A stretch of DNA of 64,000 nt from Octopus sinensis (GCF_006345805.1 NC_043015.1:45074001-45138000), one strand, 5' to 3'; shown: positions 40,174 through 54,360, counted from the stretch's first letter. Made by a program: numbers and translations. Notes: generated by a model not told the origin, from the letters alone.

Positions 40174-40575
40174 TAGGCGCAGGAGTGGCTGTGTGGTAAG
40201 TAGCTTGCTTACCAACCACATGGTTCTGGGTTCAATCCCACTGCGTGGCACCTTGGGCAACTGTCTTCTACTATAGCCTTGGGCTGACCAAAGCCTTGTG
40301 AGTGGATTTGGTAGATGGAAACTGAAAGAAGCCCGTCATATATATGTATATATATATGTATGTGCGTGTATATTTGTGTGTCTGTGTTTGTCCCCCTAGC
40401 ATTGCTTGACAACCAATGCTGGTGTGTTTACGTCCCCGTAACTTAGCGGTTCGGCAAAAGAGACCGATAGAATAAGTACTGGGCTTACAAAGAATAAGTC
40501 CCGGGGTCGAGTTGCTCGATTAAAGGTGATGCTCCAGCATGGCTGCAGTCAAAATGACTGAAACAAGTAAAAAGA
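40174..40575 (+). mobile_element. Full-length SINE family B
   Basis: ggcgcaggagtggctgtgtggtaag head to aaacaagtaaaaag tail. Confidence 0.85.
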
Positions 40576-42363
40576 GAAATATGTATGGATGTTTATGTAT
40601 GTACCTATACCAGACTTAAAAAATATAAGTACCATGAGATTGCACCTAGAATGCTCCCCTCTGAGATACAAGTCTGGGCAAATTTGTTTATGGAAGATAA
40701 GCTGTTGTCCATACCGGTCTCTCCTCTCCACACCATTGATGTTATCCAAGGGAAGGCTGATACAGCTTGGCACCAGTTATGATGCAACTCATTTCTATAG
40801 CTGAGTGAACTAGAGCAATATGAAATAAAGTGTCTTGCTCAAGAACACAGCCTGGTCCGGGAATTGAACTATCTTACAATTGTGAATCTGACACTCAGTG
40901 ATACAAATGAAGTTGTTTGTTTCCAGTCTTCTGTGAAAAATGTCTAGTTATGGAAAAATATTACCTTGTTTGGAAACAGGTGAAAGCCTGTCTGGCCTTA
41001 GAAAAATCTGCCTCGACATATTCCATTTGACTCATGCAAGTATGGGAAAGTGGACATTAAACGATGATGGTTCTATGATACAAACTTTGTGCTTTAATGT
41101 AATTTAAATCAAAACCTTCTATCAAAATTCAGCACTCAGTACACAGTAAATGATGATCATCATCATATGGTCTAATTACAATTGTCTGATTCAATAGGCT
41201 GGCTGTCTGCTACTTGAAAAGCATGCATTTTTTCACAAGTACTGTTATGTTATTGTTAATGACATTTCAACACTCAATGGCCCACTTCACAATTGGTGCC
41301 ATATAATACTAAAATTCACAAGGTTTAACAGCTAGGACACAGGACAATTGAGAGAGGTTTTGTATGCTTACAGTACATGGTTTGATTCTTCTGCAATTCT
41401 CTGGAGGAAGCAAAACGGTGTATTTTCTTTTGATTCATTGCATCAAGATGAAGCCATCAATGGTGCCCGGTTGATTATGGAATATTATTTAGATCAAGTC
41501 CTTTAGATAATGTCTACTTTCAGTTTGCATTACATATAAAATGTAATTCAGAATTGAATCAAGTAATGTTTGCAGTAAAGACCTAGTAAATGAATTAATC
41601 CTTTTGATACCAATCTGCCTGAAACTGCTCTTAGTTCTATGATACAAACTTCACACTTTAATGTAATTTAAATCAAAACCTTTCATCAAAATTCAGCACC
41701 CAGTGCACTCTGTAAAATGGGTGTCATTAGGATGAACACCCAGCCCTAGAAACCAAGCCAAAAGAGACTATAGAACCTATTTCTTTACTACCCACAAGGG
41801 GCTAAACACAGAGGGGACAAACAGATTAAGTCGATTACATCGACCCCAGTGCATAACTGGTACTTAATTTATCGTCCCTGAAAGGACAAAAGGCAAAGTC
41901 GACCTTGGCGGAATTTGAACTTGGAGCGTAACGGCAGACGAAATACCGCTAAACATTTTGCCCAGCGTGCTAACGTTTCTGCCAGCTCGCCGCCTTATAG
42001 AGACTATAGAACCTGGTTGGTTCCTCACCTTGCCAGTTCCTGTTAAGCCGTGTAACATTTGCTAGCATGGAAAATGGATGTTAAATGTTGAAGATGATGA
42101 TTTAGTGACAAAGTTGTTTTGCCAAATACTTCATTATTTTCGAAAATTAATGGAAACAAAGTCACTGTAGTTGAATAGAAATACAATACCAAAAAGGTTA
42201 TGGTGAAGATTTGATGCCTGTTATTAGCAAGTCAAGTCTGCTAACAACTATATAGTTCTCTTAATGTTGCATTCCTCTAAATATTGGAAATTAAAAAATT
42301 GTTTCTTCTATACAGTTAACTCTTGGTGTACCATTCATGATTTTGTGTGTTATTTCTTTACAG

Positions 42364-42487
42364 CCTTATGCTTGGGAAGCCAGAGAATATCTTCGTAAGA
42401 GGTTAATAGGCCTTGAAGTGACTTTCACTGTGGAATACACTGTTCCAGGTACAAATAGAGAATATGGATGTATCTACATTGGATCAG
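42364..42487 (+). CDS. SND1: SND1 exon 3 ([16 protein letters not shown]...[10 protein letters not shown])
   Basis: Conserved AREYLRKxLIG; 124 nt. Confidence 0.97.
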
Positions 42488-42713
42488 GTGAGTGTGCAAT
42501 TGTTTCAAATATCATAAATCATATTTTGATCTAAACATTTTTTATTATCTTGTTTTCTAAATTAGGCAAGGAAGGAGGGGAAGTATATCTATGGCTTTTA
42601 CGGGTCTTTCTGTACTGGTGGGGTTGATGGGGCTTAATATCCAGTTAATTAATTTCTTCAGGTAAAAAAAAAAACATGAACAAGAGGTAACATAGCTATT
42701 CAAAAGAAAGACT

Positions 42714-43107
42714 GGATCTTTTCGGTTTGAATGACAGTTTTTCTAGCAGTGTCCTGAAATTGTCACCCATAATTATGACCCTAGTATCGATCTATTGCAT
42801 TTCAATCTGTATTAGGGGTGGTGGGAAGGGTATCTTTTTTTTTTTCACAAATGTAAATAAACCCAATCTGTTTCTTAAATGAGGGACATATTCATATGGC
42901 ACAGAATGCTTTTTAACTCAATGGACGTCAGTGATTGGTTGAAATTGCAGAAATTAACAACAAATATCTTACAAACTATAGAATTTTCTCAATAAAGCCA
43001 AGAGGAAAAGATGTTTTATAAACGCATTCTACCAGTATACGAAGTTTAAAATTTTTTAGTTACCTAGAAATTATGTTAAAAAACTGCCGTTCAAACCGAA
43101 AAGATCC
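42714..43107 (-). mobile_element. Merlin-like MITE copy 4 (SND1 intron 3, inverted relative to copy 3)
   Basis: Same TIR; 8-bp TSD GAAAGACT; interior reversed. Confidence 0.9.
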
Positions 43108-44125
43108 GAAAGACTTAATCTAAAGATCAAAATTTACCAAATTCAATGCAGTTTTAATATCATTTGCATTCAAAATTTATAAGTTTTAGTAAAGGACATG
43201 AAATGGAGATGAGAATTAAATAAATAATGGATATTTATATTTCGTGTATTATTATGCTAAGCAATCACTTATCTTGATAAATTCGTTTTGTGTTGTGTTC
43301 TGAGAAAACTATTATCTGAATTACATCTGTTATGATATAGCGTAGCCAACACCATTCTCTTCGATTATCTGGACTGAGCAGTTCAATTAATACAGTTCCC
43401 ATCTAGGCTCATTTAGCTTTTCGTATTACCACAGTCAGTGAAACAAATACCAGATTAAAAGTGTTAAAGTAAGTTTGATGTAGGATGTCCTGACTTTGGT
43501 GGATGTTAGCTTTCAACTCAAATCCTTTTTTCTCATCTTGCAGTCACTTAACCATTAATCTCATATACCTCAATGGTTGCACATCTGCTTGGCTCAAAAA
43601 AACACTGAACGGATAATCTTACGATTTTGAAGCAACCAAATTAGTAAAAATGAATATTTTACAGGCTTAGTGGTGTTGGTAGATAGATCATTAAATATAT
43701 GTAGTTGCTAAAATTAATTTTCTTAGTATTTTTCACTAACAATATATTTGAATTGTAATTAGGTTGCTAATGTCCTTGAGAAAGGTGAGAGGTATGTTCA
43801 TCTCTATAATGTTCATTATGGAGATGAACATTACTTGTCTCATCTCTTGTGATATTATGAAAATGTAAAAGTTCAGTTGTACTGATGTTCAACTGTTTCT
43901 TGATTTTATTTTAGATGAGAAGAATGGCTAATGCTGTTCCTAGTCTGTGTCCAATATCTTAAATGCCATTGTTTCAAAAGCTATAGTGTTTGTACAAGCT
44001 ATTATGGTTTGTAAGAGAAATGAACATTGAAATTATTATTAAAAATATTTAATTTGATCTAGGTTGTTCAGACATAACGATGTAACTGTAATTGACTTGA
44101 TTGTATCTTAATTTGAATGTTCCAG

Positions 44126-44207
44126 ATAATTCTCGAGAGAATATGACTGAATCATTGATATCTGAAGGTCTAGTAGAAGTAAGGCGAGGCGGTTTGAAAC
44201 CATCTGA
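44126..44207 (+). CDS. SND1: SND1 exon 4 (DNSRENMTESLISEGLVEVRRGGLKPS)
   Basis: ENxxESLxxEGL motif; phase 1-2; not in ORF track. Confidence 0.95.
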
Positions 44208-44880
44208 GTATGTATACCGTATTTGTTCTACAAATGTTTGGCTTCTTTGTGATTATACCTAGCAAGTAAACTGCTTGAGTGTTTCAGTTAATTATCATTT
44301 AAACCGGCCATATCCGGCCAAAATATTTAATCTGTTTTATGTTCAAACTGACCAGATCCAGGCTCTCACACCTACCCTACAATGTTATTCTACATTAAGT
44401 AATTGCACCATCAAGATCTTGAAGATATGAGATAATGCATGATTAATTCAAATCAATGGGAATCAATAAGCATTATGTTTGGTTGAATAATCTGAACACT
44501 AAAGGGTTAAAAAGAAGACTTTTGCATTACAGTGTTTCTTTATCCTTTCATTACCGTATTTCTATTGAAACAGTCTTCGTTTCAGTTAATCTTGAAAATA
44601 ACAAAGAGTTTAATAAAACAGTTTAGTCATTTTTAAGTTTGTGTTTGGAATTGAAATTAATACGAAATTTTAATTTAATTTTTAATTTAGATCATTTTGA
44701 AACAGGGAGTTTGTATCATATAATCAAGGGCTTGGTATTAAAAGGGTTAAATTTCCTCAAACTTTATATATATATTCCTATAAATTACAGAAACCTCAGC
44801 TTATCTATCATTAATGTTAGGAGATTTTAATCAAGATTTTAGTGTAGGCCGTCTCAGTCAGATTAACAAAGTGTTAAGTT

Positions 44881-45280
44881 GATAAAATTATCAACCATCG
44901 TACAAACAATAACTCTGAGCACCTTTTCAAACTCCACCCATCTAACACCCGTGGACATATTTATAAAGTCAGAAAACAGCACAGCTCCCATGACTTCAGG
45001 AAACATTTTTTCACGCTGAGAGTTGCTGAAGCATGGAACAAACTGCCGGCATCAGTTGTTAGTTGTCGGAGCACTGCATCCTTCAAAACTTCCATGCTTT
45101 CTGAGATTCGCCAACACTACACCTGATTTTCTCCCCTCCATACACACACAAGCATGTATCTGACTCATACATTGTTCACTTTCCAGACATTTTTACATTA
45201 CTGCATGTACTTTATATGCACTTTCTGACAAGTTGTGGTGCACCTGAGCACTGTATACAATAATTTCATTATATATTATA
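44881..45280 (+). mobile_element. CR1-type LINE 3' end
   Basis: SNTRGHIYKVRKQ...RKHFFTLRVAEAWNKLPASVV...FK, stop at about 45126, then a short UTR. Confidence 0.85.
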
Positions 45281-45562
45281 TATAACTTTTGAAATTTGAA
45301 GAGCTGATCTGACACTTGTGATGAATAAAGATGCGTTTCAGCTTGGAACGAAATGGATCCGAATTTATTTATTGTAATTCAAGTAGATTGTGTGAGTTTG
45401 TAATATGAATACATTTAATAATTCTATTTGAAATTTTCATCATTCTACTGAATTTTTAGCATTCTGGACCAAAATGTTACAAGTTCAAATTCTGCTGCTT
45501 TGCCATGCTTACTTCCATCAGTGCAGCTGAAAATAGGTGCCAAACTACTTTTTTAATGTTAA

Positions 45563-45759
45563 CCCTTTTGTTACCGTATTTATTTTGAGATGCTCTGTGT
45601 TTCTTTCTATTAATTTTAAATATAACAAAAAATTTAGTAAAATGACTTAGTTATCATTAAGCTAGTGTTAGGAACATAAATTGGTGGAAGATTTTAATTC
45701 AAAACTTATGAAAACAAGACATTTGTACTACAGAGCCAGACGGGTTGGTATCAAAAGGG
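45563..45759. mobile_element. piggyBac-like MITE (TTAA TSD)
   Basis: ttaa|CCCTTTTGTTACC ... GGTATCAAAAGGG|ttaa. Confidence 0.8.
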
Positions 45760-46736
45760 TTAACTACAAAAGAGTAGTTTCAGCTGGACTGGTCAATAGG
45801 CTGCTGACTGAAGAGTCCAAAGTACATTTTCTACATTGTGTCCCACAGTAACTTAATTATAGATTAATCCAGCTGGTTATAAATAGGTATAGTGGATGCG
45901 CATGGCTTAGTAACAAATGGCCTCTGCTTTGTTGATTTATCCCAGATACACTCACTGCACATTGATGTAATTTTTATTTGTTAAAAAAATCTAGAATCAT
46001 GAAATTATAACTGAATGAATTAAATAGAGGAACACATTAAAGCTATATCTGGTTTATAAATTAACAGCTTTTAAAATATTTTTTTTATCATTATCAAAAT
46101 AGCCTAACAATAACATACATACTTACAGGTGAAGGTGTGGCTGTGTAGTAAGCAGTTTACTTCCCAACCACATCGTTCTAAGTTCAGTTCCACTGTGTGG
46201 CACCTTGGGCAAGTATCTTCTATAGCCTTGGGCCAACCAAAGCCTTGTGAATGGATTTGGTAGGCAGAAACGTTAGCACGCCAGGCAAAATGCTTAGCGG
46301 TATTTTGTCTGCCGCTATGTTCTGAGTTCAAATTCCGCCGAGGTCGACTTTGCCTTTCATCCTTTTGGGGTCGATAAATTAAGTACCAGTTACGCACTGG
46401 GGCCGATGTAATTGACTTAATCCATTTGTCTGTCCTTGTTTGCCTCCTCTATGTTTAGCCCCTTGTGGGCAATAAAGAAATAAAAAACTGTAAGAAGTTT
46501 GTTGTGTGTGTGTTTGGCTGTCCCCCACCATCACTTGACAAGGAAGTACTGGGGTCAATTCATCCGATTTCATTCTTCAAGGTGGTGCTCCAGCATGGCC
46601 GCAGTCTAATGACAGTAGCAAAAGTTATAAGATACATAATGCTGTTCAAAGATGTGTAAAAGTTGGATTTTTCTTTCCTTTTTCTTTCTTTTTTCTCCCC
46701 CCAGTAATTTTTTCCCCCTCCTTTTGTTTGATGCAG

Positions 46737-46897
46737 TGAAAGTCAACAAAAACTGATACAATTAGAAGAAAATGCCAAGTCTGCAGGGAAAGGAAAGTGG
46801 GCCACTGGTACAGCCAATGACCACATTCGAAATATTAAGTGGACATGTGAAAATCCACGCAATTTTGTTGAATCTCATCACTATAAACCAGTTGAAG
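46737..46897 (+). CDS. SND1: SND1 exon 5 (ESQQKLIQLEENAKSAGKGKW...HHYKPVE)
   Basis: GKGKW and NPRNFVESHH motifs; phase 2-1. Confidence 0.96.
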
Positions 46898-48200
46898 GTA
46901 AGCTGTAGGTCTCAATGTTTTCATCATCATTTAACAGTAACTTATATGGGTCAGTGGAGGTGCAGCGGACTCGCAGTCGTAGGATCGTGGTTTCGATTCC
47001 CAGACCGGGCATTGTGAGTGTTTATTGAGTGAAAACACCTAAAGCTCCACGAGGCTCCGGCAGGGGGTGGTGGTGAACCCTGCTGTACTCTTTCACCACA
47101 ACTTTCTCTTACTCTTTCTTCCTGTTTCTGTTGTACCTGTATTTCAAAGGGCCAGCCTTGTCACACTCTGTGTCACGCTGAATCTCCCCCGAGAACTACA
47201 TTAAGGGTACACATGTCTGTGGAGTGCTCAGCCACTTGCACGTTAATAAATGAGCTGCGACGTCAATGGTGCCAAGCTGTATCAGCCATTGCCTTTCCCT
47301 TGGATAACATCGGTGGTGTGGAGAGGAGAGGCTGGTGTGCGTGGGCGACTGCTGGTCTTCCATAAACAATCTTGCCCAGACTTGTGCCTCAGAGGGTAAC
47401 TTTCTAGGTGTAATCCCATGGTCATTCATGACCGAAGGGGGTCACATATGGGTCGAATGGAATTTACTGAGGCAGATTTTCTATGGCCAGATGCTCTTTT
47501 TGACTTCTACCCTCATCAGTTTCTGAGTAAGTTAATAGATTGCCACAGCAAGACGTTTTTCATAGAATACTGGAAATAATTGTATGACTGATGGTCTTTT
47601 GCAACCATCACATGTCAAGACAAGGGCCCACACAAACATAAATGCATACCTCTATGAAATGGTGTCCTTTGTTTCCCATTTTTCTATGAATTCATCATAT
47701 CTGACTAAGGGGGCTGGGTGAGGGTTTGGTGACAGGAAGGGCATCTGGGTTTAGAAAATCTGATTTAAATTCCATCTGATGCAAGGATGGAAAAGTAGAC
47801 ATTAAAAAATGGTAAATTTATGACACACACACATGCAGGCATGCAAGCAAAAAAATATATAAGAAATATTATTATTATTATTATTACATATATATAATTT
47901 AAGGTGGCGAGCTGGCAGAAACATTAGCACGCTGGGCGAAATGCTTAGCAGTATTTCATCTGCTGCTGCATTCTGTGTTCAAATTCCGCCAAGGTCAACT
48001 TTGCCTTTCATCCTTCCAGGGTCGATAAATTAAGTATCACTTATGCACTGGGGTCGATGTGTTTAGCCCCTTGTGGGCAATAAAGATATAAGAAATATAT
48101 ATGGCTCAATTTCTGTATTTTTAAAATCAATCTCATATTGATATTTTTGAAGATGTTGGCTTATTTTTTAATCTGTGTATTCTTTTGTTTTAAATTTCAG

Positions 48201-48292
48201 CTGTGATTGAGCATGTGCGTGATGGTTGCACTGTACGTGCATTTTTGTTGCCCAACTTTGATTACGTCACAGTTATGCTGTCAGGAATCAAA
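48201..48292 (+). CDS. SND1: SND1 exon 6 ([18 protein letters not shown]...VMLSGIK)
   Basis: IEHVRDG motif of SN2. Confidence 0.97.
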
Positions 48293-49771
48293 GTAAGTTT
48301 AAATGTTTGTCTTTGTACATGCAAACACATCTCTCTCTCTCTCTCTCACTATTTTTTTTTTTTTGCTTTACTTGTTTCGGTCATTGGACTGCATACTGTA
48401 GTCTAATGACCGAAACAAATGACTGTTTGTGCAGTTAAACCTCTAAAATTTAGTCAAACAAATCAACCCCAATACTTTTTTTTTCCTTTTAAATCTGGTA
48501 CTTATTCTTTTGGTCTCATTTACAGAACTGTTAAGTTACAGGAACATAAATAAACCAACACTGGTTGTCATACAATAGTGGGCAACAAACATAAACATAG
48601 ACACACATACACACAAACATATATATATATATATATATATATATCATCATCGTTTAACGCCCGTTTTCCATGCTAGCATGGATTGGACGGTTCGACCAGG
48701 GTCTGGGAAGCCAGGAGGCTGCACCAGGCTTCAGTCTTGATCTGGCAGTGTTTCTACAGCTGGATGCCCTTCCTAATGCCAACCACTCCGTGAGTGTAGT
48801 GGGTGCTTTTTACGTGCCAGGGGAGGCTGGCAACGGCCACGATCGGTTGGTGCTTTTTACGTGCCACCAGCACGATATATATATATGATGGGCTTCTATA
48901 TAATTTCCATGTACCAAAGTTAATGAAAAGGCATTGATCACCTCGTGAACATTGAGACTGAAACCAAGATGGCATGGTTGCAAATCAAGTTTCTTAACCA
49001 CAAAGAAACCCATGCTTACACACACACATATATCGTCGTCGTCATCATCTAACCTCCATCTTCCATGCTGGCACGAACTGGACAGTTGACAGGAGCTGGC
49101 AAGCCAGAGGACTGCCCCAAGCTCCACTTTCTATTTTGGCATGGTTTTTACAGCTGTATACCCTTCTTAATACCAGCCATAATTACAAAGCAGGCTGTAT
49201 AAATATACCGCCTGCCCCATCTTGTGTCTGAGCCATACTGCCCTTTTAATATTCAGTTAGCTCTGGTTAACAGAGAAATGTAATAAATTAACATTTTTTT
49301 CCCTGCAACATTTATCATGGATTTGAAAGTATGTTAGCACAGTCTTTTATGTATTTATTCTCTCCTTTATTATTATTATTTTTTATGTCTTCACTTTTCT
49401 TATCCTTGTATCCAGCATGTAATGCCCTATAGTAATCACTATAGCCAATCCTTCCTTTCCTGGCCCTTCTGGAATTCCCTCCCTCCACATATGTTTCCCA
49501 ACTGTTGACTCACAAAGGTACATTAATGGCAACACTGACCTAACCTCAGAGAGTCTGTGAAGCCATAGGTACAATGTCTTCTAGACTGTGCAAGCAAAAA
49601 AAAAAAAAAAAGAAAAATCGGGATTATAACACATGGAAATATGTTCCCTTGCAGACGTGCCCAGCTCCTGCCAGTAAATGGAAATAAGTGTAAAATATAA
49701 CAATGATACAAAAACATAAATCCATTTGTTGTAAAATAAAAAAAACCTTTTTTTTTTTTCTTTCCTTCAAG

Positions 49772-49927
49772 GCACCAATGTTCAAAATGGAAGGTGTTCA
49801 ACAAGTAGCAGAAGAATTTGCAGAAGAAGCCAAATATTTCACTGAATCACGGTTGCTGCAAAGAGATGTCAAAATCATTCTGGAAGGAACCTCTAACCAA
49901 AACTTCCTTGGAACAGTCATACATCCG
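49772..49927 (+). CDS. SND1: SND1 exon 7 (APMFK...[14 protein letters not shown]...HP)
   Basis: [11 protein letters not shown] motif; 156 nt, phase 0-0. Confidence 0.97.
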
Positions 49928-49998
49928 GTAAGGTTTACTTTTCCACTTCATATTTATTCTTCCTCATTCTTACATGAAGTAGGGCAGAGATAGCTTAA

Positions 49999-50401
49999 CC
50001 CTTTAGGGTTTAGATTACTCTGTCAAATGTAATACTTATTTATTCCCATTGTTTTGAATTAATTGTGCCTTATCATCATCATCATCATCGTTTAACGTCC
50101 GTTTTCCGCGCTAGCACGGGTTGGACGGTTCGACTGGGGTCTGGGAAGCCAGGGGCAGCACCAGGCTCCAGTCTGATCTGGCAATGTTTCTACGGCTGGA
50201 TGCCCTTCCTAACGCCAACCACTCCATGAGTGTAGTGGGTGCTTTTTACGTGCCACCGGCACGGAAGCCAGCCAAGCTTCAAATTTTTGATGTGATTATT
50301 TATCTTTAGAATGACATTGCAGGGTAGGTATGAGAGGCTGAATATCATAAGTTTGAACATAAAACAAGGATAATATTGTGGCCGGTTTAAGCACTAAAGG
50401 G
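49999..50401. mobile_element. piggyBac-like MITE interrupted by a nested RTE-related insertion (about 50073-50277, minus strand)
   Basis: ttaa|CCCTTTAG ... CTAAAGGG|ttaa; uninterrupted copies at 55081-55300 and 56698-56918. Confidence 0.8.
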
Positions 50402-50902
50402 TTAAGCTCTTATGCAGTTTTCTGATTTCCAGCCGGCCTTTTTCTATAGAGGTTCTGTTTTTTAGAGGCTCTATGTAATTAGCTACATTATATTGTCACC
50501 TAATTTTGGAGGAACAGGTAAGTTGATTACATCAGCCTCTGTGCTTAACCAGTATTTTATTGTCCCCAAAAGGATGAGAGCCTAAGTTGATCCTGGTGAC
50601 ATTTGAACTCAGAATGTAAAGCCTGACAAAATACTGTTGAGCATTTTGCTCGTTGTGCTAATGATTCTGCTAGCTCACTGCCTTATTTTAATTAATATAT
50701 ATATATTTACACTATACATATATATGTATATATATACATACAAATATATACATATATGCATAGAAATTTCAATAGTTTTAGAATTTTTTTTATCATATAG
50801 CATTCACTGCATCAGCCTTTAACTTAATTTATGTCACTAATTCCTTAAGCCCTATGAAGGGATGGATAGTGTGAATTTAGCCCTTTTTATTTTTGCTCGC
50901 CA

Positions 50903-51090
50903 GGCCCCCGTGCCGGTGGCACGTAAAAAGCACCCACTACACTCATGGAGTGGTTGGCGTTAGGAAGGGCATCCAGCTGTAGAAACATTGCCAGATCAGA
51001 CTGGGCCTGGTGCAGCCTCCTGGCTTCCCAGACCCCAGTTGAACCGTCCAACCCATGCTAGCATGGAAAGCGGACGCTAAATGATGATGC
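50903..51090 (+). mobile_element. RTE-related 3' element, inverted relative to 50073-50277
   Basis: About 190 bp highly similar reverse-complement match in the same intron. Confidence 0.85.
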
Positions 51091-52043
51091 TACGTATTTA
51101 TTGCATTCACTTCAGATAGATTTGAACTCAGAATGTCCAATATGAGATGGGTTTTTTTTTCCTTTTTTATTTATTGTTTTTCACTAGTGTCAGTCATTAG
51201 ACAGCAGCCATGCTGGAGCACTGCTTTCAAGGGTTTCACTGAACAAATTGAATGCCGTACATATTTTTAAAGTCTTCTACTTATTCTATTGATCCCTGTT
51301 GCCAAACTGCTATGTCACAGGGACATAAACAAACCAACACCAATTGACAAATGGTTGGTGGGGAGTAAACAGCAGGCACGTGTGCATGCACACACACACA
51401 CACACACAGTTTCTCTCTACCAAATTTATTCATAAGGTACTGGTCAGCCCAGGGCTATAGTAGAAGACACTTGCCCAAGGCACTGCACAATGGGACTGAA
51501 CCTAAAACCAAGTGGTTGCAAAATGAGCTTCTTAACCACACAGCCATGCATGTGACTGTAAGATTTGGCTATCTTACTGTCCTGGAATGCATAGTGGCTG
51601 TAGCCAGCACCGCATCGACTGGCCTCCGTGCTGGTGGCACGTAACAAACACCATACAGTTTAGTTTCTATCAATGAAACATCATCTAATTAGCTGTTTAC
51701 CCCTTTTCCATTCAGTTCTATCAGAAGCATCATCATCATCGTTTAACGTCCGCTTTCCATGCTAGCATGGGTTGGACGATTTTGACTGAAGACTGGTGAA
51801 CCAGATGGCTGCACCAGGCTCAAATCTTGATTTGGCAGAGTTTCTACAGCCGGATGCCTTTCTTAACGCCAACCACTCCGAGAGTGTAGGGGGTGCTTTT
51901 TACGTGCATGTATTTTTGAGATTTAGCTCTTTGACATTCAAACTGACCATATCCAGCTCAAATATTCTATTTGTTTGATGTTCAAAATAAATGCAAATGA
52001 TTCTAATAGTTTTAAATGAAATTTTTTTGTTTCCTACTTACAG

Positions 52044-52150
52044 AGAGGCAACATTACAGAATTTTTATTAAGTGAAGGTTTTGCACGATGTGTTGACTGG
52101 AGCATGGGAGTTGTTACAAGTGGGACTGAAAAGTATCGTGCAGCTGAAAG
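52044..52150 (+). CDS. SND1: SND1 exon 8 ([20 protein letters not shown]...AAE)
   Basis: [19 protein letters not shown] motif. Confidence 0.97.
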
Positions 52151-53062
52151 GTAATTAGAATGATTTAATTTTTTTTCAATTCCTTTTATCAGCATCTAAC
52201 CCTTTTATCTTTCTGTACTTCTCTCTACTCATTTTCCTCGCCTAACTTTGTCCCTCACATCCTTCTCCCTGAGGTCCATAGTTTTGCATGCTGCATAGTG
52301 ATCTTCCTAGTGTGATGGCATGAAAAAAGCAAAAGGCGAAAGATTTATCCGCTCGGGGTGAGGAGAAACCTAAGGCGGCGAACTGGCAGAAACATTAGCA
52401 CGCCGGGCGAAATGCTTAGGAGTATTTCGTCTGCCGCTACATCTGAGTTCAAATTCCACCCAGGTCGACTTTGCCTTTCATCCTTTCGGGGTCGATTAAA
52501 TAAGTACCAGTTACGCACTGGGGTCGATGTAATCGACTTAATACCTATGTCTGTCCTTGTTTGTCCCCTCTCTGTGTTTAGCCCCTGTGGGTAGTAAAGA
52601 AATAGGCATGAAAAAAGCACCCAGACATCACCAAAGTGGCTGGTGTTATGAAGGGCATCCAGCTGTAGAAACCGTGTCAAAGGTGAGGCAAAAGCATGAT
52701 GCAGTCCTGTGAAACCATCCAGCCAATTACAGCATGGAACATGGACATTAAATGATGTTGATGGAATTGATATAATAATGATCTTCAAACTTAATTAATT
52801 TAAATTTCATTACTGTGTCTTTTGGCTTTAATGTCTTTTTTTTTTGTTCAAATTGTTTATACTGTTGTTCTCCCTTATCCCTACTCCAAAGTATTTAAAA
52901 ATAAAAAAACGATATCTGGGTATTTGATAAAATTCTTGTGCCAATGCTAAGATATTAAATCCCAAATGTAGCAATTATAAATTACATAATCATAGTTTCT
53001 AAGCTTTTCCATTTTGAACTTTGTGTTTCATATTGAAAAAACATTCACGTTGTATATTACAG

Positions 53063-53153
53063 AAAAGCCAAAGAAAACCGACTGCGGATATGGAAAGACT
53101 ACAAACCATCTGGTGTCGTTATTGATGATAAAAGTAAAAACTTTACTGCTAAG
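53063..53153 (+). CDS. SND1: SND1 exon 9 (KAKENRLRIWKDY...FTAK)
   Basis: RLRIWKDY motif; phase 2-0. Confidence 0.96.
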
Positions 53154-53522
53154 GTGAGTGGCAAAATTAGAAGCATGTCTTGTGTTTGAGAGTTGGTGAT
53201 CAATTTAGTTTGTTGTCATGTGATTAGAGGGAGATTTGGCTACTAATTGTAGCAGGTTGAGTGATTAAGTACAGGCTTGATGAGTGATATTGCGTGTGTG
53301 TGATGAATACTGTAGCATAGGTGGTAAGCTCTTGAAAAGTTGCCAGTTTTAATTTTTCAGTTATGGAGATTACACTAAATGTGCAAATGCCCTTGGGAAA
53401 AGTACGAAAGTCTTTTGAAGTCATTCAGGTTCGGGTTGATCATCTATGGTGGATGCCTCTAATCACAAATGATGGTAGTTTCTTGTAGTCCAAGAAAGAG
53501 AGCTCTGCAATTTCTTGCTGAA

Positions 53523-54000
53523 TTCATCATCATCATTGTTTAACGTCTGCTTTCCATGCTAGCATGGGTTGGACGATTTTGACTGAAGGCTGGTGAACCA
53601 GATGGTTGCACCAGGCTCCAATCTTGATTTGGCAGAGTTTCTACAGCTGGATGCCCTTCCTAACGCCAACCACTCCGAGGGTGTAGTGGGTGCTTTTTAC
53701 GTGCCACCGGCACGGGAGCCAGTCAGGCGGTACTGGCAACGACCTCGTTCGAATCCTTTTACACATGCCACCAGCACAGGTGCCAGTAAGGCAACTTTGG
53801 TAGCGATCACACTCGAATGGTGCCCTTTTACGTGCCACGGGTAGGGAAGCCAGTTGGCGGCTCTGGCAACAATCACGCTCGGATGGTGCTCTTGGCACCC
53901 TACTAGCACGGGCACAAGTGCCAGTAAGGCGACGCTGGTAATGATCATGCTCGAGTGGTGCCCTTTAAGTCCCACTGACACAGAAGCCGGTTAGCCGCTC
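53523..54000 (-). mobile_element. RTE-related 3' element
   Basis: Reverse complement of the 9255-9682 type. Confidence 0.8.
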
Positions 54001-54274
54001 TGTTCCTTCTTCAAATAGATGCTACCTGAACAGGTGTGCATAGTGTACCATATGTCAGGTGTCAACACGATCACAGAGCAACGTGAAATGGAGCGTTTTG
54101 CTCAAGAACACAATGCACCACCTGGTCTGGGAATTGAAACCACAACCTTGCAATCATGAGTGCAACAACCAAACTACTAGACCATGTTCCCTTAACAATC
54201 ACAAATATACTATTCTTAAACACGAACAATTTTCTCTTGTCACTTTCTATTCTTATTTCACTTGTTTTCTTCAG

Positions 54275-54360
54275 GTTGTAGAGATTGTTAATGGAGATGC
54301 TATGATTGTTAAATCATCAGATACCAGAAAAATATTCCTTGCTAGTATTCGACCTCCTCG
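54275..54360 (+). CDS. SND1: SND1 exon 10 (VVEIVNGDAMIV...LASIRPPR)
   Basis: SN3 start; SIRPPR motif. Confidence 0.97.
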
